Source of the DNA: Bilabrum cf. latius
Lineage: Eukaryota
Length of the DNA stretch: 64,000 nucleotides
Reading direction: 5' to 3'
NCBI GenBank assembly: GCA_965178125.1
Contig: OZ237738.1
Location: 806,001 to 870,000 of the forward strand
A model generated the notes under the pieces. The model was not told where the DNA came from and ran no database searches. It saw only the letters and a list, made by a program, of their open reading frames with translations. Both the position numbers and the translations under genes were made by a program. Below are positions 38,138 to 49,800 of this stretch, piece after piece (position 1 is the first letter of the stretch; the number at the start of each line of letters is the position of its first letter).

Positions 38138-38802
38138 GGCTGAGTCATGTGAGCGTGGGATACGGATAGGGGTCGGGGACCTGAAGTCCGAACTTCAGGC
38201 GACCGGCGACACACCAAGCGTGCGTCACCCTATTCGCCCGGTAGCGGCACAGCGTGGAACTGCAATGTGGCAAGTGAGGACCTGTTGATCTTGACCACGG
38301 GACTGGAAGCATAGGTGTGGTCCGTGCCGCAAAATCCCCCATAGTGGAGCACCTTGTGGAAGGAAGTAGGAAAGCGCTGGCGGCAGGCACAGGGCACTCT
38401 CGTCCGTTGGATGGCTCCGTAGCCGAAGGGGGACGAGGTGGACCTGCACAGCCGAGAGGAGAGCCTGGATCTCGGACCGACCTTGGGACAGTCGCACCGG
38501 CGACACCCACCGAGAGAGCGGGGCGTTCCAGCACAGCGAATCGCTCGGGCGAGGACGCCCGTTTGCTGCAAGAGACACCGAAAGGCGTGGACGGCAGCCG
38601 GACCTCGGATCCTCACGAAGGGTAAGGCAAGGGTTGCCTGAATAGGAGCGAGCCGGATTGCGACTGTGATGGGCAGTGGACGAGCATACAGGACCGCCCC
38701 GGGCGTGGTGGGCTGTGCGGGATGTGCGAGTCGACATGCCTATCTCGATCGAGAAAACTTCTTTTCTTTTTGCGTGGATGCCCCTCCTAGGCGGAGGCGG
38801 CG

Positions 38803-39142
38803 TGGGTGTCCCTGCGGCGGTTCGATGGGCGAACCACCAAGGGGGGGCCCAGTGTTGTTCCCTGACCAAGTGGTAGGCCGTCCCCAAAGTGGCGTGAATG
38901 GTCCGATCCACCTACCCAGCGGCCAGGGCAACACCAGCCAATACCACAGCGCCACGGAAGGAGGAGAGAAGTAGGAGAATGACGACGACGTGCGACTGAT
39001 ACCGAGAACGAGGCGAGGCGAGCAGGAGACGAGAGCGAGGATGAACGGAGCACGGTCACGCGAGCCGGAGGGCAAGCGTGGCCGAGATGAGGGATGATTG
39101 CTACTAGTGACTGTGTCGGACGTAACCAGATAAGCGCCATCA
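38803..39142 (+). repeat. Split direct repeat B2 (340 bp)
   Basis: TGGGTGTCCCTGCGGCGG...CCAGATAAGCGCCATCA, repeat of 36718-37057. Confidence 0.95.
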
Positions 39143-39415
39143 CGAGCCAAACCCCAGCGTAGCGAACCTTCGGATTCGCCTTGAGATTGGTTCGTCGTCT
39201 GATCGCGGCTTTGATATGCCGCGATCCCGGAAGCGGACACGTACACATCGAAATATACAAGATTGCACCTGCAATCAAACACACCTGTCGGCCCGAAGAC
39301 CAAAAGCAGCGATCAACCCTGTCGACAAACCCACCGCCCCTGATGCCAACCCATCCCAAAGGCGCACAACACCACAGTGGTCCTTTGTGTCCCGCCTTCA
39401 ATTTCATCCGATGCA

Positions 39416-40431
39416 TCACTGCCTCACGCACTTGACCGCGCCTGCCTCGTACTTCATCCCAGCGAGCACGCCATCGGCGCCGCAGAGTCGGTTCCGCAAG
39501 CCCTCGCTGCCGGCCACTACAACCTCGGTGCCTGCGGCCGGCGGCGGCATGGTCCGCGCCACCATACCCGCATCCACGGGCCCTGCAAACCCGTCGAATT
39601 TCTCAGAGGCCGCCTCGGTGGCCGCATACCTCACCTTGAAGCGGGGATGGATCAGGGCAAGGGCCTCGAGGCGGTTCCTGAGGGCGATATCGTCCTCGCT
39701 AGGGGTCTCGTACAGCACCCTGATCTCCGTGGAGTCGCGGGGGTTGTCAAGGAGCCGCTACACGGCCTGAAACGTGGTGGCAGCGCCGTCCGCGTCCGTG
39801 ATGATACCGACTGCCGGCTTGTCGCCGCTCACCACGCCGTCGTGGAAGGAAGGGCCCGCCGCTTCGACAAACTCGCCTGCTGCAATTGAGGATAGGGGAC
39901 CTGCCGCACCAGACTCTCCTGCAGCGACCACCTGCACCTGGCCGAGCTCACTGTCTCGTGAGATTGGAGCATACTCGCTCTCGTTGCTGCCGTCTGCGGG
40001 AAAGACTAGCTCGCTGTCAGCATCATCACGGTATGTACTTGGAACGAAACATATCAGCTCATGCAGCGTATGCAACTAATGATGCAGCGCTTACCTTCGC
40101 TTCGAACCCTAATTGTGTGCTGTGCGCGAGCGCCAATCCTATGGAATTGCGAGGGCAACCCGAGAGTGATAATTCGCGATCCTCGGCCATCATTTTTCAC
40201 ATGCTCAACACGCAACTTGCAAAAGGCGCCGGAGGTCAACGCGTCTTTCACAAGATACAGCTCATCATCCTCAGTTGAAGCAGCTACTTCCAATCTCGAC
40301 TTTGAGCAGGACCAAGCCGCAGCACCGGCTGCAAGAGTTGCCGGAAGAGCACGGGAAACTACCTGTGCTGTTCTGCGCATAACTTTCTCCACAGGTATCC
40401 GACAGGTACCCATAGCTGTAAATTGGCTCAT
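39416..40431 (-). CDS. Divergent NADH-cytochrome b5 reductase-like (FNR-family) protein, possibly mitochondrion-targeted
   Basis: Presequence-like N-terminus; ALTSGAFCKLRVEHV..SRIITLGLP; FQAV*RLLDNPRDSTEIRVLYETPSEDDIALRNRLEAL; GPVDAGMVARTMPPP; GVLAGMKY. At least one intron starts near 40093. TAG at 39758 joins ORFs 39758-40075 and 39416-39718. Both ends are approximate. Confidence 0.7.
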
Positions 40432-40577
40432 TGTTATTGAAACGTGTTGCTGCGTATAATCAGAATTTTATCAGATTATCTGTAAAATGCACACTATCGA
40501 GGCATCAACTCGGCTTTGTCGACTTGATGAAAGCAGTACTGCTGCTTGGAGAGACGAACAGGAGCGATTTCTGCGAA

Positions 40578-42057
40578 ATGGTACGAATCAGGATAGGATC
40601 TGAGTTTCCTAGCGCCAAGTTGGAGTTGGATGGGGGCAAAACCCTGCATACAACATCTGTAAGTCTACATTTTCTTTGTCAATCACGCGCTTCGCTCAAT
40701 GGACGGGACGAAAACCTGATTGTGATCGCAATGAATCGGATTAACTCTTTGTTTTCCATTTATGACTTCGGTAGCGTGCCGGTTGGTATCTGCTGTACCT
40801 GACAGATTCACAATTCATGCAGCACGCACGTCGGCGTCACCATCATCGGCAGTTCTCAATTGTTGCTCTCTACTGCACGCAACGCAGTTTATGACTGGAA
40901 AATGGACTATTATTGCATCTCACCCAAAATGCTTAACTCCAGTGAGTACCACCAGCGATCTGAGCCGCGCGACACATGGGTGCGTGGCAACTTGTACTTT
41001 TCACTGTGCGGCGTACCTGCCTCCTTTTGAATGCCAATTCAAGCAGGTATGCCTTAGCGAAGTTGCAGAGCTCAGTGTACGGCAAGATGAATTCATCCGC
41101 CGCAACTGCCGGATCGCAATTCTAACGCACCAGCGTCTAACTCCGACTGAAACGCATGCATGGAAGGCAGACATTGAAGCATTCCACGAAAAGCAGTTTG
41201 TTCGCATGCCATGGCCGATTATCCACTCGCCCGAACTTGTCGAATCGCTGGGGTTGCTGGAAAAGGGGACGGGGCTACCGATGCGAGCGACCATTTTCAT
41301 TGGGCCGGACCGCACGGTCCGGGTGATGAATTTCTACCCGCTGGTGCTCGGCCGCTCCACTGATGAAATGATTCGAACTTTAGACGGGCTTCACCGGTGC
41401 GAAGCGGGCCCGTTTGCCGCGCCGTGCAACTGGAAGCGCGGCGACAACCTGCACTTGCTGCCGAGCGTGACGGACGAGCAGATGAGAGACGAGCACCCCG
41501 TGCACAAGCAAGTGCTCCTGCCGAGCCACGAAACCGGAGAGGTAAACTATCTCAGGGTGGTACCTGATCCCATGGATGGAAGGATTGGCTACGTCCTGCA
41601 TTCCAAACAGGCCAAGGAGTACAAGGAAGCGAGGACCAAGGCGAGCAAGGCGAGGGCGGCTCTAGCTCGCAGCGATGGTGACCCGGGCGACGACCCTGCG
41701 GCGAGTGAAGCGAAGAGTGATGGTGCTGGGGCCGCCACGGGAGGTGCTGGGGGGGGCTCAGCAAGCAGTGGCTCGGGCAAGTCGAGTAGGAAGAGCAGCC
41801 GACGGAGCAGCTTCGGCACCTCGGTGGCCACATCTGATTTCAGGGAGGACACCAAGGAGCTGCGGGGGGGCCGGCTGCTCGTGCTCACGGATGGCCCTGG
41901 CTACGAGGCTCGAGCAGCCTCAGCCAGGTTCTCGAAAAGCACCGCGGAGACGGCGACCTCGTATAGCATTCGAATGACCCTTCTGGACAGCAAGGCGGGA
42001 GGAGGGGCTGGGTCTGGCTCGGGTGGTCTTGGGCTGGATGAGGGAGGTCCGGGTTGA
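40578..42057 (+). CDS. Divergent Prx6-type (1-Cys) peroxiredoxin paralog with long C-terminal extension
   Basis: MVRIRIGSEFP, intron 40659-40887, FMTGKWTIIASHPKCLTP, intron 40942-41046, VCLSE; MRATIFIGPD..FYP..GRSTDEMIRTLDGL..APCNWKRGD..LPS...YLR. Ends at TGA. Confidence 0.85.
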
Positions 42058-42397
42058 TTCGGGGCAAGAGTATGTGTGATTTGTGTAGCATATACGTTCA
42101 TTTTTCCAGTTGTGCGGTAATTTCTGGAGATGCGTTTCGTGTCTGGCGGCGCGTTATAGTGCCTGCTGCCACTGCCATGCGCTGTGGCTCTTCATCGCTG
42201 GTGCATGCAGCCGCATACCACCTCTACTGCACCCATTCATCTGTAGGAAGGAACGTAGATCAGGTCAGACTCAGGTTAATCAAGAGCTCGCGAGGTGCGA
42301 TCGCGGCGACCAAACCAACCAAACCCAGAGTTCCGGTTTGCAAGCTGGAGGACCACTGGATCCATGCCACTTTACAATTAGAATATAGCCCAGAAGA

Positions 42398-43394
42398 ATG
42401 CTGCGTATCGGTGACACCTTCCCAGACTTTGAGTGCGAGACTAGCCAGGGCTCTCTGAAGACCGGAGAGGTAAGATCCGCTCTTCACAGTCGGTCGATCC
42501 GCATAGACTTTTCTGCGAGGTGACGTCATACATCAACTCGAAGCCTGTAGCCCTGTTGTTGCGGTCCCTTGTCACATTGGTTCTAATCGCTCGCAGTATT
42601 TCAAGGATACATGGGGTATCTTATTTTCGCACCCGTTGGATTTCACCCCTGTGGTGAGTAGGACGATTTCTCTTGTGCCACGGGCCGATGTGACGCCCCC
42701 CATCGCAGCCACGACCGCGAGCTCGTGGCACCTTTTCAATCTCGATCCGAGCTTGTCCTCGTAACTCCATCAATGGACCGCGCTTTTACTGATTTTTCTT
42801 CGGAAGCTACTTCATTTGATCCTTTCGCAGTGCACTACAGAGTTGGGCCGGGCCGCGGCTCTCTCCGGGGAGTTTGCTAAGCGCGGCGTGAAGATGGCGG
42901 CGCTGTCTTGCGACACTGTTGAGCAGCACAAGGGCTGGATCCCTGATATCGAGAAGTTCAACGGCGGCGCCAAGGTCGAGTACCCGATCATCGCGGACGC
43001 GAAGCGCGAGATCGCCAGCAGGCTCGGCATGCTGGATCCTGAGGAGAAGGACGCCGCTGGCCTGCCCGCTCCGGTGCGCGCCGTGTTCTTCCTGCACAAC
43101 CTGAAGGTAAAGGCTCTCATCTACTACCCTCCTGCAATGGGCCGCGATTTCGGCGAGATTCTTCGCGTGATCGACGGGCTGCAGTCGGCCACCAAGGCGC
43201 CCATCGCCATCCCCGTGGATTGGACGCCCGGCTCGGACGTGATGGTGCTGCCCACGGTGAGCGAGGACGACGCAAAGGCGAAGTTCCCAGACCACAAGAA
43301 AGTGGAAGTGCCGTCTGGCAAGGGATACATCAGGATGACCTCGGATCCTGGCGCGGGTGCCGCCGCTGGGGGCGCCGCGGGAGGAGGCAAGTGA
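42398..43394 (+). CDS. PRDX6: 1-Cys peroxiredoxin (Prx6 family)
   Basis: MLRIGDTFPDFECET, intron, YFKDTWGILFSHPLDFTPV, intron 42655-42830, CTTELG; RAVFF; YP..GRDFGEILRVIDGLQ; PVDWTPG; VPSGKGYIR. Ends at TGA. Confidence 0.95.
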
Positions 43395-43609
43395 GCCCGG
43401 CGTTCGACTGAGGCGGTCGATTTGCTTAGCCTGTTGTTGGCACAGAAACTTGACTAGATATAAGAGTGAATCCCACCGAGACTAACAGACCGACACGCTG
43501 AGTATGTTTACAACAATCATTAGATCCGTGCCAATCCATGGACGCTGTGTACCTGGTTTGCACGATAGGCAACGGTTCCAGCCACCGAGACGATACGACA
43601 CCCATTCAC

Positions 43610-46600
43610 TCACCACAGCCCAGTCTTGCCACCAGCGCGAGAGCTTTCACCAGCCCGCCCCCTAGCGTGCGGCCTCATTCGGCCTACCGCCCCGTAGCCC
43701 GCGCCAACGCCTGCAAGTGCCCCAGCTCCAGACCCCTCCACAGGCCGGCTTGCAACACTTGAGCCGCCGCGCCCTCCAACACCTGGAGCTGCAACCCCTG
43801 CCCTGCCTAGCTGCCCCCTCAGCTGAGCCAGTTCTTTCCGCAGCTCGTTGGATTGCTTATGCGAAGCAGACCCAGAGCTTAGCTAGTCTTCGATATCGCT
43901 CATGCGCCGCCGAAGCTAGTGCGGGTCAGATGGGGGCCGTGCGGCGGGCATGTGGTCAGACAGGGAGCCTGCATCGACACGGCTCGAGCCACCACGGCTG
44001 TACCCCCGGGGGTCTACCTCACGCACCGGAGCGCTGTCACGGCTCGAGCCACCACGGCTGTGCCTCAGCTGCTGCTCGGCCCGCCGCTCCGCAGCGGCCC
44101 TCATGCCCGGCCTGGGCCCTAGCCTCGCACCCCTCGCAAAGTCGCCGGGCCGCTTGCCCATCCTCGCCTCGATGGCTGCCTCCTCTCTCTCCCGCTCCTC
44201 GAGCTCCCTTCTCTTCCGTCTCTCGTCTCTCTCCTGCTGGATCGCCCCCCACACCTGGCGCAGTGCAGCCCTCTCCGCCTCAAAGGCAGCCGCTTCGGAC
44301 TCGCGGCACCGGCTCGACAGGTACTCGAGAACAGCGGGGGTACCCCGGGACAGCAGCTCCTGCCTGAGACCCCGCTGCGGGTTGCCGCCGATCCTCAGGG
44401 CCTTGAGCGAGTTGCAGCGCCCGAGCAGGGGATCCACCTGCCGGATGTCGTTGTTCTCCACGCTGAGCTCCTCGAGGCGGGGGAGCACGAGCAGCCTCCT
44501 AGGGACGGCCTGCAGCGCGTTGTTCCCCAGGTCTGCACGGACGAGAGTGGGGATGGCCAGCAGCTCCTCCTCGTCGCGACTCGGAATTGAAATGGAGTTG
44601 TAGCCCAGCCTCAGCTCCTCCAGCTCGGGGCACGACCCTAGCAGGGTGGGCAGCCGACGCAGCCTGCACCTCGATAGGTCGATGGTCCTGAGCCTGTCCA
44701 TCACCGGCGGTTCCTCGCCTGAGCCGGCAGCGCCAGCCACCAGAGCGTCGGCCCCCTCCTCGGATAGGGGATTCCCGGTGGCCAGGAGCTCCTTGAGCTT
44801 GGGCAGCTGAGCCATGGCAGGGAACAGCTGTGCAAGGCCGCACTCCGACACGTCCAGGACCCGCAGCTCGGGGCATGCCTCTGGAAGACGGTCCAGGGCC
44901 GCGGGCAGCTAGCCCCGCGGAAGCCCAGAGCACCCGGCAAACGACACGGCCCGCAGCCCGTGGAGGTGCATCGTGGCGAAGAGGACCCCGGGGAGGCCGG
45001 GGGGCTTCATCCCCCCCACGGCAAGCACACCCTCCGAGGACGCATCCCTGCACAGCATGGCCCAATCGGGGTGCCCCCGCTAGCGGCTAGCGTCTTCCAA
45101 TGCGCCGTACCAGTCTGCCATAGACATCGATGAAGCGGTGGGAGCCTGGGCGGTGGGAGCGCAGGCGGGCGTGCTTGCCGCCGCTGACGTGCCACTTGCT
45201 GCACCAGATGAGGCGCCTGTGCCCGGCATTCCACCCCTGGAGGTGCCACTATGACCACCCTTGGCGGCCGTTCCAGTGCCAGTGCTCGCGCCCCATCCGG
45301 TCCCCCCACTGGCTGCCCCTGCCGCCACTGTTCCCTCCCCCGCCCCGGCCCTCCTGTCCCCGAACCCGCCCCTCACCTTCCTGCCCTCCCTGGCTGCCTC
45401 TGCCGCCAGCATTTGTTCCTCAAGGACATCCGCTTCCTCGGGAGGCGCCCTTGTCCGCAGGTACCTCTTCAGGTCGTCGGCGCCCTGCGCGTTGAGCGCC
45501 TTCCTCATGGCCCGCATTGGGTTGCCGTCCAGCTGCACCCGGGACAGCGCGGGCATGTACCCGATGGAGTAGTGCAGCGACCGCAGATCATTGTTCCTCA
45601 GGTCTAGCGTGTGCAGGCCCGTGAGCCGGCCCAGTTCCTGAGGCAAGTCTGCCAGCCGGTTGTCCCTGAGGTCGAGCACGCCGAGGCAAGGGGCCGCCCC
45701 GAGGGCCTCAGGGCTTATGGTGCAGAGGCGGTTCTCGGCGAGGTGCAGGGCGTCTAGGGTTGTTGTCCGAGGAACACTGGGGAGGACCTCAAGCTGGTTC
45801 GCACGCAGGTCCAGCCGCACGAGGGAAGTGAGTCCCCGCAAGTCGCCGGGAAGCGATGCAATGCGGTTCCGGCTCAGGTCCAGCTCAGTTGCGCTGCCCA
45901 GCATTCCGATGCTGTCCGGGACAGATATCAAGCGGTTCTAGGACGCTCTCAGCACTCTTAGCTTTTGAAACTCCCCAAGAGTGTCTGGGAGTGCGCCAAT
46001 TCTGTTGGATGACACGTCCAACACCTCCAAAGTGTTCGCCAATGCTGCGAGACGAGCTTGATGCGAAACAGTGGATGATGGACTTGCTACTTGCAAGAAA
46101 CGTGAAGGCGAGCCGAAAATCAACAGCGGTATTGCACGTACCTTCGAGACCAACTGGCAGGGACTCAAGCTCATTTTCCATTAGGTGCATCTCGACGACT
46201 GGTGCGGCACCACTTCGCAAGATGGGCGGGATGGTGCGAAGCCGATTGTGGCTCAAATCGATGAGTTTGAGAGAAGGTATGCCCAAGAGAAACGATGAAA
46301 CCGCGTGTAACGCATTCCGAGAGGCTCGAAACATCGTGAGATCGGCCATGTCCTTCACTCCGTCTGGGATCTCCCGAATGGAGTTGCCGGATAAGTCTAG
46401 CCTGCGCAGCGGTTCAGACTCCCACCACTTCTCGTCACCGGCACGCTGCGGTAAACAATTTACATAAAAACTATTATAGAGCAATAAGAGGCAGTCGAAT
46501 GGTGCCTGGATTGTGCGTTTTGTGAAACTTACTTTGTCTTGGATTCTGAACACCGGTCCGGGGACACGCACCAGCCCCTTATTTGCCAGCTTGAGTGAAC

Positions 46601-46670
46601 CAGATCGACGTGCCTATACATAAATAACATGGTCCCCGGACTCCAGGTCTCTCCCATCCGCCGCTGCCAT
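43610..46670 (-). CDS. Leucine-rich repeat protein, LRRC40-like
   Basis: ARRSGSLKLANKGLVRVP; WWESEPLRRLDLSGN; many LxxLDLxxNxL repeats; GNPMRAMRK..LKRYLRTR; GNPQR..GTPAVLEYLSSR. Two 5' introns. In-frame TAGs include 45938, 45080, 44909 and 43916. The frame ends at TGA 43610-43612. Confidence 0.85.
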
Positions 46671-46877
46671 TGTTCTCAATGCTGCAACTTTCCAACGAGT
46701 GCGAAGTGAAAGTGCACCTTACAGCCTGTGCGAGGGATCCGGCCATTCGGCATTCAGAGGGTTCTGTGTCGACAGATATTCCATCCCGGGGGTCTAACAG
46801 GCTGCAAGGCAATTCCATTGAATCTATAGTCTCCAGGAACCTCAAACTGTGCTTGACCTCTCGTGTCTAACCTCAGC

Positions 46878-49800
46878 ATGTCTGGCCAAACCTCGTTTCA
46901 TCAGGATGGTGCCTTGATGGGAAAATTGGGTGGTCTCCTGCGCCACGTTCGATCATCATCGTCTGGTTTACCGTACATGCCAACCACAGTGACTTCACTG
47001 GCTGGCGGCGATCGAGAAGGTTCGAGCAGTACGCCGGAACCAAGCCCTAGCATGCGTGCGTTCAGCCATGCGTGCCAAGCAGTCAGCCAAGGCGCAGCTG
47101 CTGCGCGCTAGCATCTCAGTACTCTGCGAGATGCAGCATCGAACTTATCCAGTGCATCGAGTGCCAAGCACGGCACAATAGCCGCAGCTTTCGAGTCTGG
47201 AGCAAATGAGCTTGAATCTCGAGCCGACAAGTTAGACGCCGAGGCGTCTCGCCGACAATTGTAGGCAAGGCTGAAGTCCTTACATCGAGGATTGAGAGCT
47301 AGTCATCGCTCATTGCTGGACCCTGCGAGAGCGAGCGACGAAGAGACTAGGGCTGCATAGGAAGGCAGGTCCGCGGGTACCGGTGCATGGCCCCTCCTGC
47401 CCCTCGGCTGGCCCTTGCTGGACCGCCCGTAGGACCCGCCGCAGGGTTACGGCCCAGTTTCGGTTTCTTCTATGGCGCACATCCAGGCCGGTGGCGGAGC
47501 AGTCAGGTGGGACATGCCGCCGGCCGTCACCCCGAGCGCGGCGCCCCGCTTCGCCCGCGTCGAAAAGCAATCCACAGTCTTTGCCGACGAAATGGAGCGC
47601 AGGGAAGTCATCCGCGCGAGAGCGCGCAAAGAGAAGCGAAGCGCCTTCATCCGCGCGGTGCAAGAGCACGCGTATCACTTCAGGGAGTACCACAAGGCTC
47701 GCCTGGAGGTGCAGAGGAGCCTCGCAGCTGACATCAGTGCCAAGCAGCAAGCAGTGCTCCGCGAGAGAGAAAAGGCAGCCGAGAAGCTGGAGCGCGAGAG
47801 ACTCAGGCAGCTGCGAGCGAGCGACGCGGGCGCCTACCAGAAGATGCTGGAGGAGGCCAAGACGGAGAGACTCAGGTATCTGATGGCCCAGACCGACAGC
47901 TTCCTCGAGGAGCTGGGCAGCAAGGTGGCCGAGCTCAGGGGAGAAGCGGCCGCGGATGCGGCTGCAGCGGCTAGGGCGGCTGCCATACAAATGGGGCGCG
48001 AAAGCCTCAAGTCGTCGTCCTCTTCCAAGGCCGCTGCGAGCGGGAGCAGGAGCAGGAGCGGGCAAGCTGCCATGTCGGATGAGGGGCAGGGTGATGGCGA
48101 TGGGGCAGAGGACGGGGGTTCTTCCTCGAGTGACGATGACGATGACGATGACGGCCCCGGTGACGGGGAGGGTGCTGCTGGCGGCAAGCGCAAAGGCAAG
48201 GCCCAGGATTTGTACTATTTGCTGGCACACAGGCAGCAGGAGAAGGTCACGAGGCAGCCGTCGATGCTGTTGGGCGGCCAGCTCAAGGCCTATCAGCTCA
48301 GGGGGCTCGAGTGGCTGGTGAGTCTGTACAACAACAACCTGAACGGGATCCTGGCCGATGAGATGGGCCTCGGGAAGACCGTGCAGACCATTAGCCTTCT
48401 GGCGCACCTCATCGAGCATAAGCACAATCGAGGCCCGTTCCTCATCGTGGTGCCGCTGTCAACCATGGGCAACTGGGCCAACGAGCTCGCTAAGTGGACA
48501 CCTGACATCCAGGTGATTGTGTACAAGGGCACCAAGGAGCAGCGCCGCGACATCTACAAAGACCTCATGCAGACGGGGCAGTTCAACGTGGTCCTCACAA
48601 CGTACGAGTACTGCATGAGGGACAAGAGCGTGCTCAAGAAGTGGCACTGGCAGTACATCATCATCGACGAGGGGCATAGGATGAAGAACGCTACCAGCAA
48701 GTTTGCGATGACGCTCGGGACCAACTACACCTCTCGGAACCGGCTGCTGCTCACGGGTACCCCCCTGCAGAACAGTCTCCCCGAGCTCTGGGCCCTGCTC
48801 AACTTCCTACTGCCGAGCATCTTCCACTCATGCGATACCTTTGAGCAGTGGTTCAACCAACCGTTTGCCAACTACAAGGCCGCGAGCGCCGGCCTGCCCA
48901 GCCTCAACAGCCTGCCCTCTGGGGCCGCAGGTGCCGACGACCCGCTGAGCCACGAAGAGAACATGCTGGTCATCAACCGGCTGCACCAGGTGCTGCGGCC
49001 GTTCCTGCTGCGTCGTGTGAAGTCAGACGTGCTGGGACAGCTGCCGCAGAAGAGTGAGAGCATCGTGAACTGTGGCTTGTCCGCATGGCAGCGCGAATGG
49101 TACGAGCAGCTGCGCAAGTTCGGAACCATCGGGGTCGGCGGCGACGCGGGGTCGGGCGTGCGGGGGAGTGGCACGAGGTCGCTGAACAACATGGTTATGC
49201 AGCTGAGAAAGGTGGTGAACCACCCGTATCTATTCCTTGAGAACGGGTATGACGTAGACGAGGCCATCATCCGTGCCAGTGGCAAGTTTTCGATGCTCGA
49301 CCGGCTGCTGCCGAAGCTGCGCGCCTCGGGGCACCGCGTGCTTATCTTCAGCCAGATGACCCAGCTCATGGACGTGATGGGCGACTACTTTGCGTACAGG
49401 GGCTTCCGATTCCTGCGGCTCGATGGGTCAACCGCGGCAGAAGAGCGAGAGAAGCGAATGGCCATGTTCAACCGCCCGGACAGCCCGCACTTCATTTTTC
49501 TCCTCTCCACGAGGGCGGGTGGGCTGGGCGTGAATCTCGCCACGGCAGACACGGTAATTCTCTTCGACAGCGACTGGAATCCTACCATGGACGCGCAGGC
49601 GCAGGACAGGGCCCACAGGATCGGGCAGACGCAGGAGGTGCGCGTGCTGAGGCTCGTCACCAAGACGCCCATCGAGACGAGGATCATGGACAGAGCGAGC
49701 GAAAAAGCGTCCATGGAGGCGGTGGTGATCGGCGCGGGCGAGTTCAACACTCAGGGAACAACGGTGGACTCAGCAGGTCGCAGGCGGGCAGCGCTGGAAG

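Larger units (their letters stand above)
31382..39142. mobile_element. Putative non-autonomous Ngaro-like (tyrosine-recombinase retrotransposon-type) element with split direct repeats A1-B1A2-B2
   Basis: A1 31382-31531 matches A2 37058-37207 (150 bp). B1 36718-37057 matches B2 38803-39142 (340 bp). B1 abuts A2 directly. No TSD seen and no RT or YR ORF recognisable. Confidence 0.7.

Noticed and set aside
31382-39142. Autonomous retrotransposon, LTR element or endogenous virophage
   Set aside because: No RT, RNase H, integrase, tyrosine recombinase or capsid motifs were recognisable even with TAG read through. Repeats are interleaved (A..BA..B) rather than a terminal LTR or TIR pair, and there is no AT-rich viral-like segment.
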